A DNA stretch of 64,000 bases. It comes from Felis catus. Taxonomy: Eukaryota. The notes under the pieces were generated by a model. That model searched no databases. It was not told where the DNA came from and worked only from the letters and a program-made list of their open reading frames with translations. Location of the stretch: contig NC_058368.1 of assembly GCF_018350175.1 (NCBI RefSeq), forward strand, positions 213,158,001 to 213,222,000. Reading direction: 5' to 3'. Made by a program: the position numbers and the translations under genes. This document shows, piece by piece, positions 29,405 through 44,426 of this stretch (position 1 is the first letter of the stretch; each line of letters starts with the position of its first letter).

Positions 29405-30070
29405 GTAAGAAAACTACTGGTTCCACTAGTCTTGACATACATGCTTCAATGGCCATAGTGTGTGATACAGTGTCCAAGCCAGTGCTTTCAAACTTGGGTC
29501 TTCGGAAATCTACCTGTAATGATGAAGTGAGTGTGTGTTCATAGGTAATTTAGGGGCATCCTTGCAGTGAGTTTTATGTTAGTAATTCCCCTGAGTCCAT
29601 TCAACTCCATTTTGTATCTGTGTCTGCTTTAATTAAAAATATTTTCCATTAATTACTGGTTAAATATTAACCAAGGTTTTCAGAAAAATGAAGACATAGT
29701 GAAGATGCTCCTTGTTTGTATTATGGCATTATTCATCCATTTGGAACACAGGCTGTGTCTCCTCTTTTGAGAACCATGAGCCTAAGCTATATAGGCCAAA
29801 CAAGTTACATAGTGTTCTCTTGAAATTTAACAAGGACAGAAAACTGTTGCCTGTACATTCTTCCGCTCAAGGTATTCTTTCTTGGTATGTAACAAATTGA
29901 TGACTGCTCTTATTCATTTAGTTGCTTTTGGTTCAGTCTTTTGGGGACCCAAAGATCTAATTCCCTTTTATAGTAGTACTATGTTTGTTATGACACTAAA
30001 TTACTACTTACTAAATTTGGTCCTCATGTTTTAGTAACCCATTTTCTGTTTGTTTGCTTTTAGGATCTGT

Positions 30071-30105
<35 letters not shown>

Positions 30106-31021
30106 TAAATGTTTGTTTTGAGGGAGGGGGTGGGGGAGGGACAGAGAGAGAGAATCCCAAGCAGGGTCAGCACAGAGACTTACACAGGGCTCAAACTCAT
30201 GCAAGATCATGTCCTGAGCCAAAATTGAGTTGAATGCTTAACTGACTAAGCCACCCCAGCTCCCCTAGGATCTGTTTTTAAACTCAGATCCTTCTGGACT
30301 TTGCCTAGTTTTCCTATATTCTTTCTAAAGTATATAAATTTATTTTGTTCAGTAATGAATTGACATGTGAATCATAACATTAGTATTTTCTGTTACTATT
30401 GGGCAAGTTACTAAACTCCTTTTGCCATGTGTGATTGTTTTTATTATGTCCAGAGACACAATATAATAAATCCATTGTTTTTAATAGGGTGTATGCAACC
30501 CATCATTTTCTGGGCCTTGCCTATTTTTTCAGCCTTTCCACCTGCATGTCCCCCTCCTCACTTTATGCAGTGCCAGAGTTCACCCAGCTCACCTTGATCT
30601 TCACTGCTTTGGAGACTTATATACGGTGTTCTTTCTTCCTGGAACCTGAGTTCCCCTTTCCTCTCCACCCAGAAGCTGCTACTCATCATGTTGTTAATAG
30701 TGGTAAAGAATGAAAAGAAAGCCAGAGCAGTCAAAGCTTAGAACACACAGGTGGTCTTTACTATGAGATCCATTTTTAAAGATAGGCATTATTTTTAAAT
30801 GCTTCAGTGATTTTTTTCTGATGTGAAAGTTAAACATGCTGCTTGAAATGGTTTTGACCTTATTTGAAGTCCAAAATGATTGCCCTTTGTTTTGAATTTG
30901 ATTCTTATACATAGGTCTGTAGTTAGTTGTTTTCCTTTATTACACTTTTATATAGTAGAGTTGGGTTTTTTTTCCTGCCACTTCACTTACAGGAAGACTT
31001 TCTTTTATTGCCTTTCTTTAG

Positions 31022-31166
31022 GACTCGTACTCGTATGTAAGATCCACCGCTCCTGCTGTAGCTTATGATAGTAAGCAGTACTACCAACAGCCAACAGCAA
31101 CGGCTGCTGCCGTAGCAGCTGCTGCCCAGCCTCAGCCTTCTGTTGCTGAAACCTACTATCAGACAG
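31022..31166 (+). CDS. ZFR: ZFR exon 4
   Basis: ctttag| acceptor, ACAG|gtgggt donor; 145 nt; [21 protein letters not shown]...ETYYQT. Confidence 0.95.
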
Positions 31167-33055
31167 GTGGGTTTTATTAGCATATAGTTTCATTGAAAAC
31201 TACTAAAATAAATTGTTCACTGTGTTTAATGAAGGTACCCTTTTGAGTTCATCTAAGGTCATTGTGTTACATTACTTAAAAAGAAGCAGGTTTTAGCCTT
31301 GTTCTCTGTTCTGCTGTTGTAATGCCTTTGAGTACCAAAGAGAGAAGGCCATGGGGACAAATCCTAATAATGCCCTTTTCTTACAGTTCTCTTCCTGCTG
31401 TGAAATAAGCTATACAAAAGGAGTTATGGTGATAATTTCTGGCCACATTCTTATCTTCACTAGAGATGCTCAGAACATATTGCTGCCTGCCTTTGTGTAA
31501 CCAGTGGAGACCCTTTGAGGCCCCCCACCTTTTTAAGTTTTTAAATTTATTTTGAGAGAGAGAGTGCAACTGGGGGGAACGGCAGAGAGGGAGGGAGAGA
31601 GAGAATCCCAAGCAGCCTCTGTGCTGTCAGTGCAGAGCCCCACACAGGGCTGGATCTCAAGAACTGTGACCTCATGGCCTGAGCTGAAATGGAGAGTCGG
31701 ACACTTAACGGAGTCACCCAGGCACCCTGAAGATGGATTTTTTTAATAGAGATTGAATTGAAAACTTTTAAAAACAGCTGAGTTCAGAAAAGTAGACAGT
31801 TCATTTATTTTAATTATTTTTGAAGGACTGTGAGAGTGTGGGTAGAACCTTGGATTAGGAAAAAGTAGGACTAGCCTCTAGTACTGACTTTACCACTAAT
31901 GTGGGTAGTGATTTTTACTTCTTTTCGTCTCTGTTCTCTTATTAGTAACTGAGGTAGTTGATCCAGATCTCTCTAGGGTACTTCTAGTTCTCAGATTTTT
32001 ATGAGTCTCTTAAAAGTGGTATACAAATATTTTTATAGTTATGACTGATTTTTCTTATAGTTTGTTCTCTAATGATTTGTGAGTACACTGATCTGTAGTG
32101 AACTTCATAGTTAATTATCAAAGTTAGATTGTATTTAAGAGTCAGAAGAGCCTTGGTTTAGTCTTGGGTCTGATATTGACTATGTGACTTGTAAGTCATT
32201 TAGCTCTTGGACATTAATTTCCTTTTGTAAAATGCCCTGATCTGTGTGTTGTGTGGATCAAGTTTCATACTACATGTAGATAACAGTTTTATAAACTGAA
32301 CTGCTGTTTACTTAAGGTACCTTTACTAAACTAAGCATAAGGTACTGGCCCTCTGATATTTGGGCCTTTATCAGGAATTAGACTTGTATGCCTTAATGAT
32401 TGTTAATAAATGATTAATTATTAATTTAGGGCTTAATAATAAGGTTCCTAAGATTCTTAAAATAAATATTTTGAACATGGTCAAAGGCAGCAGAAACCTG
32501 AATATTAGCCATTTGAGAACAATTGCACTGAAGCCATTGGACATTTGAAGATTTAAGTCAGTGTCACCTTATGAGTTGAAATTAGACTGAAGTTCACTAT
32601 GGATGAATTAATAAAAATGTGATGAAGTATATTTGAACAAGTTGACGTAATTAAACAATGAAATTTTTATTTTGAATTGAAATACATATTTGAGGCTCGC
32701 TATTCCTAATATTAAGCATAATGCTCAAATTAGACTGACTAGCCTAAATACACACACACACACACACCTTTTCTAAAAACGTTATTTAAATAGTACTGCT
32801 ATTCAGTTAGTTGTAAATTTGGACAAAATGCCATTTTGGAAATACATAGAAAGCATCTGAGAATGGGATATTAGATGAATTTATATAGATGTGTTATTTA
32901 ATTGGTAGTAAGAATTTCAACCCTTGTGCTAAGAAAAAACTTCTGGCATCAAATTTACAGTTGATGTTTATACTTAGTTTATCAATATCCTTGAAAGTTA
33001 GAAAAAATATCAAGGTACACCCTTCTAATTTTCTGATGTCTCTTTCCCATTTTAG

Positions 33056-33274
33056 CCCCCAAAGCAGGTTATAGCCAAGGTGCAACTCAGTATACACAAG
33101 CCCAGCAGACTCGACAAGTGACAGCCATAAAACCAGCCACACCAAGTCCAGCTACCACTACTTTCTCCATTTATCCTGTATCTTCCACCGTACAGCCAGT
33201 AGCAGCTGCAGCTACTGTGGTGCCATCTTATACCCAGAGTGCTACTTACAGTACCACGGCAGTTACTTATTCTG
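33056..33274 (+). CDS. ZFR: ZFR exon 5
   Basis: ttttag| acceptor, TG|gtaaga donor; 219 nt; APKAGYSQG...TTAVTYS. Confidence 0.96.
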
Positions 33275-36200
33275 GTAAGATGGATAAGCTGTGTTTAAAT
33301 GAGTAAACAAGTTACTAGAAACTACCTTGTTTTATGGAATGATCTTCCTCCCAGTAGCCAGAATTGAATTAATTGACAGTTGTTGTTATATGTGCATAGT
33401 GTAACAAATAGACCGTACCCTAGGTTGTGTTTTTGTTGGTGGTGGTGTTACTGTTTGTTTGTTTTTTTATTTTTATTTTTTTAAGCTAGGAGATTTTAAC
33501 AATGTAAAATGCTCTTTGGGCATTTGAAAGGTAGTCATGAGTCCTGGGCCTAGCATTGCAGTTAGAGAAAATAACACCTAGTATTTTACATGGTCATTTT
33601 TTTTTTCCTGACTTTTCCAGATGAATTTGAAAACTTAAGGTTGACATTCAGGGACTACCACTGACAAATTGTATTTATTTCAGCTCTGTCAGGGAGCTGT
33701 TTCTTTATCTTTATTATCAGGAATAAGTAATCTTGAAAATATTAGGTAGCTTTTGTAAACATCCATAAGATTGTTCTGTAACACATGTCTCTTAGAAGGA
33801 CAGAGTAGCTTTATTTTCCTTAAATAATCGTATATTTTTTTTATTATCTTATTAAGGAAAGTATGTATTTCCTTAAGTAATCATTACAGTGAGAGAAATA
33901 TAATCACTAAAATCTTACTTATGTCCACTGCTTTTCTCATTTCTAGCTGAGGTACTTTGCAGTGTTTCAGTGATTAAAATCATATGTTGTGGCAGCTCTT
34001 TCTGCCCACAGGTCCTGTCCCCGTGCTTTAATAAAACCACCTTTTTGGATTGGGAAAAAAAAATGACATGTTGCTTTTTATTAGATCTGTAACCTTGCAT
34101 TACTGTATGGTTTGTTTTGTTCTGCAGTTTATTTCTTAATACCCCATCTTGTTCCATGGAGGATTTAAAACAATATGGGCAATTTTAGTTCTTCTTGATA
34201 CTTTGTTGTAGCTTGGTGTTAGAAGACTAACTACAGAATTTAAAAAAATATATTTTTTTTTCAGAGTTTTTTTTTGTTTTTTTTTTTAATCTCTTACCCT
34301 ATGCAAAATTAAATGCTTATGCTGGGCGCTAGGTATATAATGGTGAGTTAGGCAGACATGGAGTATTTAGGAAAACCTTTTTTTTCTGGCTGGAATACAG
34401 GATACACGGGGTAAATCTCAAGATATGAGGCTAGAAATGTCATTGTGAAAAGCGTTGTAGGCTCTGTTATAGTCTTATGGGCCAAAAGGGTGCCAAAGAG
34501 GAAATCTGCAGAACAGGAGCAGTAGGAGCAGGTTTTAAGTTAACTGTGGCAACCATGCAGGAATGAATTAGGAGTGAGGAAATGTTGTTATTCCTAGGTC
34601 TGTGATTCCTAGGATTGCCAAGATACTTTTCTGCCTCTCTTTATCTCTGATTAATAAGTTATAACTGCATATGGAATTATTTCAGTGGAATCTGACTAGA
34701 CACATTTTAAAGTTTTGTTTTTCTCTTTTTGAGAGAGAAGGTGTGTGTGTATGGTGGGGGAGGGGCAGTGGGGGGGTGGAGAGAATCTTAAGCAGGCTCC
34801 ATGCCTAGCACAGAGACCAATAAGCAGGGCTCACTCTCACAACTGTGAGATCATGACCTGAGCTGAAATCATGAGTTGGACACTTAATCGACCCAGCCAC
34901 CCAGGTGCCCTGGGCACATATTTTAAAAATGTCCACATTAACTTCAGCAAAATAAGGATTACAATAGTATTCTTTCCTATTGTTGCTTCTCTCTTACATG
35001 TTCTCCTCCCTCTCTTTTCTCTCTTCCATTGTCTCAGTTGCTTGAATAAGTCTTACAAAGGATGAAGTTAATTGTTTTTATTTACTGCTATATTACATGA
35101 ATAATACATGTAAATACATTTAAAACTAGAAACTATAGATAAAAAAGGAGAAAAAATTAAATCATTGGACATCTACTCCTAGATACTTCCTGCCATTAAC
35201 ATTTTGGTGCATGTCTGTCTTTTCTTCATGGGAATATACATATACAGTATATACCTTTTTTTTCATAAAAAGGAATTTGTCTAATGCATATTATTTTGTT
35301 AATTGGCTTTTTTCTCATTATGAATGTTCTTTCATGTCATTAAATTAAAATATATCATCCTTTTGATTTGTTTTTCCCCAACTTTTTATTTTAGAAAATT
35401 TTAATTTTGCAGAAAAGTTGAAAAAATAGTACAAGTGTACTATATACCATTTAACTAGATTTATCAATTAATATTTTATCATATTTGCTTTATCAAGACA
35501 CATTTTCAAATGGTTCAGCAGTATATTTACAAGTTGCAGATGACCTGGTGCTTTGCCTAGAATTTTTCAGCATGTATTTCCTAAGAATAAGGGCATTCTT
35601 TTACATAACCAAATGCAAATATCATAAAACGAAATTGAACATGGATATTATCTAATTTCTTTAATTGTCCTCAAGTGTCTTTTATGGCTGGGCTTTCTAG
35701 GTGTTTGGTGTGTTTGCACTTTGTTTTATTTATTTATTTACTTATCTATCTAATGTTTGTTTGTTTATTTTGAGAGAATGTGCACAAGCAGGGGAGGGGC
35801 AGAGAGAAGGAGACAGAGGATCCCAAGCAGGTTATGTGGTGTTAGCCAGAGTCTGATGCAGGTTTCCTGCTCAAGAACTAGGAGATCATGACTTGAGCCG
35901 AAACCAAGAGTCAGGTGCTTTAGTGACTGAGTCACCCAGCCTCCCCATTTTTTTTTTTTAAGTTATTCTTTCTTTCTTTTTTTCTTTAATGTTTTAATTA
36001 ACATTAATGTTTTAATGTTTATTTATTTGGGTGGGGAGGGGGAGGGAGAGAGGGAGACACCGTATCCGAAACAAGCTCCTGGCTCTGAACTGTCAGCACA
36101 GAGTCTGACGCAGGTCTCAAACTCAGAAGTCATGAGATCATGACCTGAACCGAAGTTGGACATTTAACCAACTGAGCCACCCAGGCACCCATGTGCTTCG

Positions 36201-39200
36201 TTTTAAATTCAGATTCTAATCAAGGAGCATGGATTATACTTGGTTGTTATACCTTGTTAGTTTCAGTTTTCTTTAATGTAGAATAATCTCCTATTTTTAT
36301 CTTGTCTCTCATGACCTTGACCTTTTTGAAGAGTTCAGGCCAGTTGTCCTATAGAATATCCCACAATCTGGATTTTTCTTTCTTTATGCTTAGATTATGA
36401 CAGCTTTTTAGTCAATAAAACTACCTAAGTGAACTTTTGTATCTCATCACATCAAGAGCACATAAGTAATGTTATAAATTCTGTGTTGGTGATGCCAGCC
36501 AGGTATAATGACTATCAGATCTCTCCATTTTAAGGATACCTTTTTCACTTTGTAAGTAACCGAGTAATCTATGGGCCTATTACCCAACTACTCTTCACTC
36601 TACGGTGTTAGATCCTTTGAAAATCTCTTAACTGAATCAAGTTCAATGATGGTGGATGTAAAATCCTTTTACATTGATTCTTAGCACTCTTCTCTAAGGA
36701 AGAGTCCCCTATTCCTTCTTTTTTAGTATTACTGTGGACTCATTCTTTTTTATTCATTGTAGTATAATCCATTATTCTCTTTTTTCTTTTTGAGGCACAC
36801 ATTTTCCCAAATTTGGCCAATGGGATCCATTTCAAACTAGTTCCTGAGCCTTTTGGACTTGGCATCGTTATTCTTTGAGCCCCTATTTCGTTTTTGGCAC
36901 AGTAAGATATTGCTGATACATACACTTAAAGCATTTCCTGCCCGAGTCTCACAATCAGCCATTTCACAAAGGAGCTGTGATTTCTAATATAGTATTTAGA
37001 AATCAAAATCTACGTTTAGAAGTACGTAGTTTTTAACGGGTGCGTGATATTTTATTGTATGGATGTACTATATAGATTTTAGAGTTTGTGTCTTTGGATG
37101 CCTGGTTTCGTATTAGGGAAAAGCTAAGAACGACATTGAGTTAAATAATCCTTGTATGAAAAGATTTGTGTAGTTGTCCGTTGTTTTCCTAAGATAAATT
37201 CCTAGAAATTCCTGTTGTGTCGAAGGGTATGCACTTGAAAAAAATGCAATACACAGTGTGAAATTGTCATCCAGAAGAGTCATTATTAGGGTGTCTGAGT
37301 TCTGTATATGCAGTTTTATATCAGCTACAATTTAGGTTAGCTATTTTTTTGGTGTCATTAAGATGAGTTCTAGAATATTGGTATGTACTAAATGGTGACT
37401 TGTAGCGTGCTGAGTTTTCTACTGAGGTGGTATGGTTTTGTTTGTGATATCTTACACTTAAAATTTCAGCTTATTTAACTTACTAATTGATAAGCATTTT
37501 AAATAAGAGTACTTTTTAATTGAAACTGTTTCAGCCCTCAAAAATTGAGCTTTTACTTAAAGATGCAGCCTTATATTTGTTTTCTACAGTGCTTTTATAA
37601 GAAATGTACGATTGTTTGCAAATGTTCATAGGAGATTAAGTAGTAAGCTATAGTTAAGCTTGCCTTTTATTAGTTTTAGACTACATGTGTACAGATGGAG
37701 ATTATTTTGTAAACAGTAAGCTTAACCTGGTTATTTTTGTGGTTTAGATAACTCAGTGTTTAAAGTACTTCACAATCTCTTAGCCTCAGTTTTCTCATCT
37801 GTCAAATAAGGAGATACTTGCCTTAACACACCTGTTTTGAGACTTCACTGTGTCTGGAAAACTGTCTGTCATATACTGTGGATTCTCAATTAAAAAAAAA
37901 AAAAAAGCAAAAAACTGCAAGTCCTGGTCATCCAGCATTGTAGTATGCTGTTGCTGTTACCCTGTTTTTTTTACTTTATGATACATAATTCATGAGTTTA
38001 CATTTAAGTGGCATTTTTACAGTTTCTGTATATAACAGCTAGTTATTTAGAAAATATCTATTATAAAGATTCATACAAAAATCATGGTCCTAGCCAGTTT
38101 TAATCTAAAGGTAGCTTTAACTAGACAACTTAATGGATTTTAAGAGTGATATTTAAACTATTATTTTGAAGATACTTGGCTGTGAACTTAATTATATTTT
38201 TCTATCACATTCCTAAAAACTTTTTTTATTGTTTTTTATTTATTTTTTGAGAGAGAGATAGAGAGCAAGCTGGGGAGGGGTAGAGAGAGGGTGAGATACA
38301 GAATCTGAAGTAGGTTCCAGATTCTGAGCTGTTAGTACAGAGCCCGACGTGAGTCTCAAACTCACTAACTGTGAGATCATGACCTGAGCTGATGTCAGAC
38401 ACTTAACCAACTGAGCCACCCAGGTGCCCCTCTTCTATCCCATTTTTAAATAACAAAGGACATTGGTAAAACTGACCAGAAAAGAGTTTATTGATCTATA
38501 TAGGTTTTCCCTTGATCATTTACATCAGTTGTTCTCTTTTTTCTGTCTTTTTAAAAAATGTTTGAGGGAGAGAGAGAGAGAAAGAGCATGTTAGCTGGGG
38601 AGGGGCAGAGAGAGAGAGACCGACCGACCCAAGTAGGCTCCAAGCTGTCAGCACAAAGCCCAACGCGGGGCTCGATCTCATGAACTATGAGATCATGACC
38701 TGAACCGAAATCAAGAGTCACACACTTAACTGACGAAGCTGCCCATGTGCCCCTACATCAGTTGTTTTCTAATTGTTTTTTTATCTGATCATATTCTTAG
38801 TATTGATATGCCTACCTACTTCTCCCTACTTTTATTTTTAGATGTTTTCTTCTCTTATTACACTTTCTTTCTTTTTTTTTTAATGTTCATTTATTTTTGA
38901 CAGAGACAGAATGCGAGTGGGTTAGGTGCAGAGAGAGAGAGGGAGACGCAGAATCCAAAGAAGGCTCCAGGCTCCAAGCTGTCAGCACAGAGCCCGACGC
39001 GGGGCTCGAACTCACAAGCTGTGAGATCATGACCTGAGCCGAAGTCAGATGCTCAACTGACTAAAGCCACCCAGGCACCCCTACTACACTTTCTATCTTT
39101 AGAAGCATTTATGTAATTTAATAACCTGACATAAAACTCTAGGAAGCCTTTTCATGCAAGTTATTTGGTCTCTTTTGTAGATATTTCCAGTTTCGGATGC

Positions 39201-40458
39201 CGTGATTCTGATTTCCCATGCATCTTAAAATCCTCACCTTTCTAATTAATGTTTTCTTCCCTGCGTGTAGATGCCTTGGAGCTAGTGGGTCAGAAGTTTT
39301 TTGTTTTTTTTTGTTTTTTTGTTTTTTTGTTTTTTTTTTGTTTTTCCTCCCCAATAAGCAGTCTGCATTTGAGACATCAAAAGTTCAGTTTTCCTCAAGT
39401 AGTTCTTCTTTGCCATCCTGGCAACCAGGAATCTTTTTTTTGAGCCTTACATGACTCTTTTTCCACTCATTTCCACTTCAGAGAAAAAAGAAGTCTTACT
39501 GTAATGGGGCAAATAGGGAGTCCACCAAATTTCCAGAGATCTTAGTTTAGAAAGGGGGTAAGTTTTCTAGTTTTGAGGTCATTTTATACAGCAACTTTGT
39601 CAAATTTAAAACTTTTATAGATTTTTAGGTCTATAAATCACTGAACATAAACAACATGTGTATATGTATTATGTTTATGTCAGTAACAAGCTTCATGTGC
39701 TTACTCATTACACTTTGAACAATGGACATGGATAGAATCCATACATTCAACCAGAAAATATAGTGCTTTTGTCTCTTTTGGAGGATGAAAAACAGTGTAT
39801 TTGGTCCTTAAGTCCAAAATCTTCCGTCTTGTCCTGTATATTCATCTAAACTCTGGTTCCATATCACAAACTTCTGCTAGGGTTTATTCACCTTACTTCT
39901 GCAAACCAGCTTCTGTCAGCCACTTGCTTTTATCAGTTGCACAGTCCATCAGTCAATCAGTGGGTTTCAAAATCTTGGTGTGTTTTCTGTTCTTTTATTT
40001 CTTCTATTCTCTTAGCCATCAAGTATATAAAAATCTTACTTTCATGAGTTTCTTTTTTTCCTACTAGTATCTTAGTTCAGACTCTTCCTCAAATTCAACC
40101 CTTCCCAAATTGTATTCAGAGGAATTCTTTTGGGAGAAATATTAACAGATTCTGTGACCATGTAACTTTATCACTCTGTTGTAGCCCACCAACTGAACTG
40201 TATGTTTTTTGAAGGCAAAAACCAAATCTTAAACTTTTTCTATGCCTCTGTAACACCTGGCATGTGTTGACTTAAAAACTTGATTGACTTCTATAAAAGG
40301 AAGATAAAGATTTTTCCAGGTTTTGTGAGATACATATTTGTAAATATGCACACGTAAACCTACCTATATTGGCGGAATTTATTGAATTTAAATTCATGAC
40401 ATTTAACTTGGCCTTTTGTAATTATTTAACATAATCTTTGTTTGATTTTATTTGTAAG

Positions 40459-40706
40459 GTACGTCTTATTCAGGTTATGAAGCAGCAGTGTATTCAGCTG
40501 CATCCTCCTACTACCAACAGCAGCAGCAGCAACAGAAGCAGGCGGCGGCCGCAGCAGCAGCTGCTGCTGCAACAGCTGCCTGGACAGGGACCACCTTTAC
40601 TAAAAAAGCACCATTCCAAAATAAACAACTGAAACCAAAACAGCCTCCCAAACCACCCCAGATTCACTATTGTGATGTTTGTAAGATCAGCTGTGCTGGA
40701 CCACAG
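40459..40706 (+). CDS. ZFR: ZFR exon 6 (polyQ/polyA; first half of zinc finger 1)
   Basis: gtaag| acceptor, CAG|gtactt donor; 248 nt; ...[19 protein letters not shown]...[14 protein letters not shown]. Confidence 0.96.
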
Positions 40707-43391
40707 GTACTTAACGTTGTATGTTTTACCATGAGTCTTCAATGGTTATTTTTGATAGTTAAGTATGGTTGATATTCTAACTCTTATGCTTACAGAGAAG
40801 GTTTACATTTTCTTTCCTGTTAGCTTTTAGCTAACACATACATATTTTCCTAAACAGTCATTTTCAAGGAAGTATTTGTACTGACACATAAGAATTCTAT
40901 TAAGAAGAAACTTTAAAAATGATTATGAATGTTAATGAAAAATGGGCAAATTGTACTTTTTTCCGTAAAGATACTTTGCTCTTTAAAGTAAAACTTAAAT
41001 TTAACTTAGAAGCCTTACATTCAGATTAATTGGGGTTGGGGGTAAGATTGAATTTTTATTTCTCTTTTAGCATCCACAGCTTGCTTAACACAGTTGGCTC
41101 TTGATTTCCTTAGCTTTTCTTTGAGGTCCATTTTGAGTGTATGGATAGAATTTTATACCTGAAAAAGGATGACCATAGAGAGAATTCAGCTTTACATACT
41201 TGCATTAAAGATGAGAGGACTTTGTCAAGTGTGCTACTTTTTTGGAGCATATAAATAGCAGAAGAAAATTGTCTTTCTGAATTTTAAAAATTCTTAAAAT
41301 AAATTTTTTTCTAATCTGTAGTTTGCAGGGTAACATTTCTAATAAGACTGATTTTTGTATATGCTTTGTAGAATATTACTATTGCTATATAATATCTTCC
41401 ATGAGGGAATAGGAACTTTGGAAACAAGAAAGATGTGGGGAAGTGTCTTTTTCAGAAATATCAACTAAAGAAGCATAAAGTAAAGCATAAAGTAAAATCT
41501 TTATGCCCCCCCCCCACCCCCATTTTGTTTTTTTCCTGATTGCTGCAGTTTAAAATGTGTGATTTAGGCATGAGTGTTTATAAAATCTAATATGTTCAAC
41601 TCTTATCCCAACATAATTTGTTAATATTTAAGAGTGTTTTTATATAAAAATTTGATAAGCAGTTTGGCAGATAAAAGGCTTATTGGAAAGGAACAAACTT
41701 TGTAGTAGTTTCTTTCAGTTACATTGTTTTCCACTCCTGCCCCACCTGTGTACATTCTTGTTAATTTACTAGATAAGTTCTACTTTTAAATACCTATTTT
41801 TAAAGATTATTTTAAATTGTCAGTATTTCCTGTGTTACACCAAATTAGGAAATAATTGTGGAATATTTAATATATGTGACTAGTTATGTAAAACCTTTTT
41901 TCTCTCTATTTTGAGTGTGATAGGAAACAGTTTCATTGTGATTACATGGCTAGGGGAGAGGGAACAGGTGGGAATGTTGGTGTTGGCCCAGGATTAAACA
42001 TGGAAGGAGGATATCCTACTCCACGATGGGCTGTTTAGAGGAGATGATGCTATGAGTGGCCTAAGAGATGTTTTGAATATGTGATATACATATAAAAGGA
42101 TAGAACATAGCTGTAGGATGACAGGTGAAAAGCAGCATTTTAATGAGTATATATAAGGCTGACCATTGTCTAGATTGTTCTGGAAGAACAGGCCAAGCAG
42201 GTCAGAGGGCAGTGCCTTAAGGGGCTGATGAGCCTTAGGGAAAAATATCACTGATATTGTAAGTTAGAGTCTAGGTGTAGACATAAGGAGGGAGAATAAG
42301 TGGGTTCAGATTTAAGGGGCCATGGTTCCCAGTCCTGGCTCCACCATTGTGTGGCTTTGGGCAAGTTGAAGGCCTTTACTTCTTTGGGCTTTTGTTTCCT
42401 CACTTCTGTGATAAGGACGTGCCCTAAATAATTGAGCCTCAGAGTGCTTCATGGAGCCAGTTCAGGCCACTGCAGATAACGAGAAGAATCAAATGGCTGA
42501 GTCTTAGGTCTCCCTCTTCTGTTTCAAAAACAGAACAACTTTCTCTACTTCTGTATAAGATTTCACTTGGAGAAAGGATTCTCTTTTTTAAAAATTAGAA
42601 AATCACTGTTTTAGGTTATCTTTAAAGTCCCATCCACCTCTGAGATTCTATGATGAAAATACAATTTTTTGCTAATTATACATCTGTCTTAACAATTTTA
42701 AAAATAAAACATGAAAGAGGAACTTTTGGCCCCACTCAAGACAAAGCAAACAGTAGTCCTTAGTAGCCTCTTCACTTCTGCCTTCTTCACAAATCTGCCT
42801 TCTTTGATCATCTGATTCCAGACAGTTTTTTATACACAATTTCACTATTTTGTTGGTTAGAAGTACAATAATTTTTTCCTTGCAAATACATACAATTTTG
42901 GCTGTTACCTATTTTAAATAGGCTTTTGCTCGGGATGGCATGGATTCTATGTGAAAATGCATTCTAAGTAGAAAAGTCAGTTTTATAAATAGACATACCT
43001 GTTTGTAAAGAGTCTTGTTACCGTTCCATAATTTTTTTTTCATGATGTAGATACAGCCCCCCATCTTAATTCTATAATGAAAATAATTTGTGGAATCATC
43101 ACTCTGTCCATGACTATACATAAGCAGTAAAAGATGCAGATTCTTAAAACTGAAAGTGATGTACCTTCTATTGATAATGTGGCTAAGTATGAAAGGCCTT
43201 TGTAAATCAGTGTTAGATAAATGTATTCTTGGTAAACAAAGTGCAGAGAACCACAGATAAATATGGATAGATAAATAGATAGGGAATCCCACATGCTGTA
43301 ATTGCTTTTACAGTTGTTTAGTACTCATTCTTAAATGAGTATTAGAGATTTGAGAATTGAATATTTTAAATGGTTATAGATAGAAAATTAG

Positions 43392-43694
<303 letters not shown>

Positions 43695-44134
43695 TGACTT
43701 CAAAACTTAAAAACTGAGTGGATTACATGCCTTGTTTGTATGTTAATATATATAAAAGTAATATCAGATAGTCATTGCTTAACGAGAGAAAGACTGTAGA
43801 CCTTTTTTCTTTAAATTGAACTCGATCATTTATTCTGCCAATTGGAAATTTGTTGTATGATTATTTGCCTCCTCTTGTCATACTTAAATCTAGGTTGGTG
43901 TGCATGTAGCCAAGTTGATTTCATCTTCCTCTGCCTTGGTTTCCTCACCTAGTGCTAGATGGAATATGTATCGAAATCTGCATCACAGAGATTGTTTTGA
44001 AAGTAATGAGTTTTGTGTATAAAAATATAAAAATACAAAAATATAGTTCAGATTTTCATTGTATAAAATCTTTTAGACAAACTCAAAAATCTACACTTTT
44101 TGAGTTTCCTGACAAATGTGCTTTTATTTTGTAG

Positions 44135-44426
44135 GTGGTTAAATTACACACAAAACTTGGTAAACCCATTCCTTCAACAGAACCAAACGTTGTTAGCCAA
44201 GCTACTTCTTCAACAGCTGTGTCTGCTTCAAAACCAACTGCCTCTCCCTCAAGCATTGCAGCAAGCAATTGTACTGTGAATACTTCATCAATTGCAACTT
44301 CTTCAGTGAAAGGTCTTACAACTACAGGAAACTCGTCTCTTAATAGCACATCCAACACTAAAGTATCAGCAGTGCCTACAAATATGGCTGCCAAGAAAAC
44401 CTCTACACCCAAAATAAACTTTGTTG
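44135..44426 (+). CDS. ZFR: ZFR exon 8 (Ser/Thr-rich linker) ending at a GC donor
   Basis: ttgtag| acceptor; 292 nt; donor TTG|gcaagt gives the phase needed to join exon 9 as FV-G-GNK. Confidence 0.92.

Larger units (their letters stand above)
30080..39081 (-). mobile_element. Antisense Can-SINEs in introns 3-5 (approx. 30080-30265, 31535-31728, 34720-34910, 35730-35945, 36010-36190, 38220-38430, 38560-38753, 38870-39081) plus an old L1-like remnant at about 35390-36990
   Basis: SINE bodies ending in ...ctgagccacccaggcacccc or variants; this span also contains exons 4 and 5. Confidence 0.8.
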
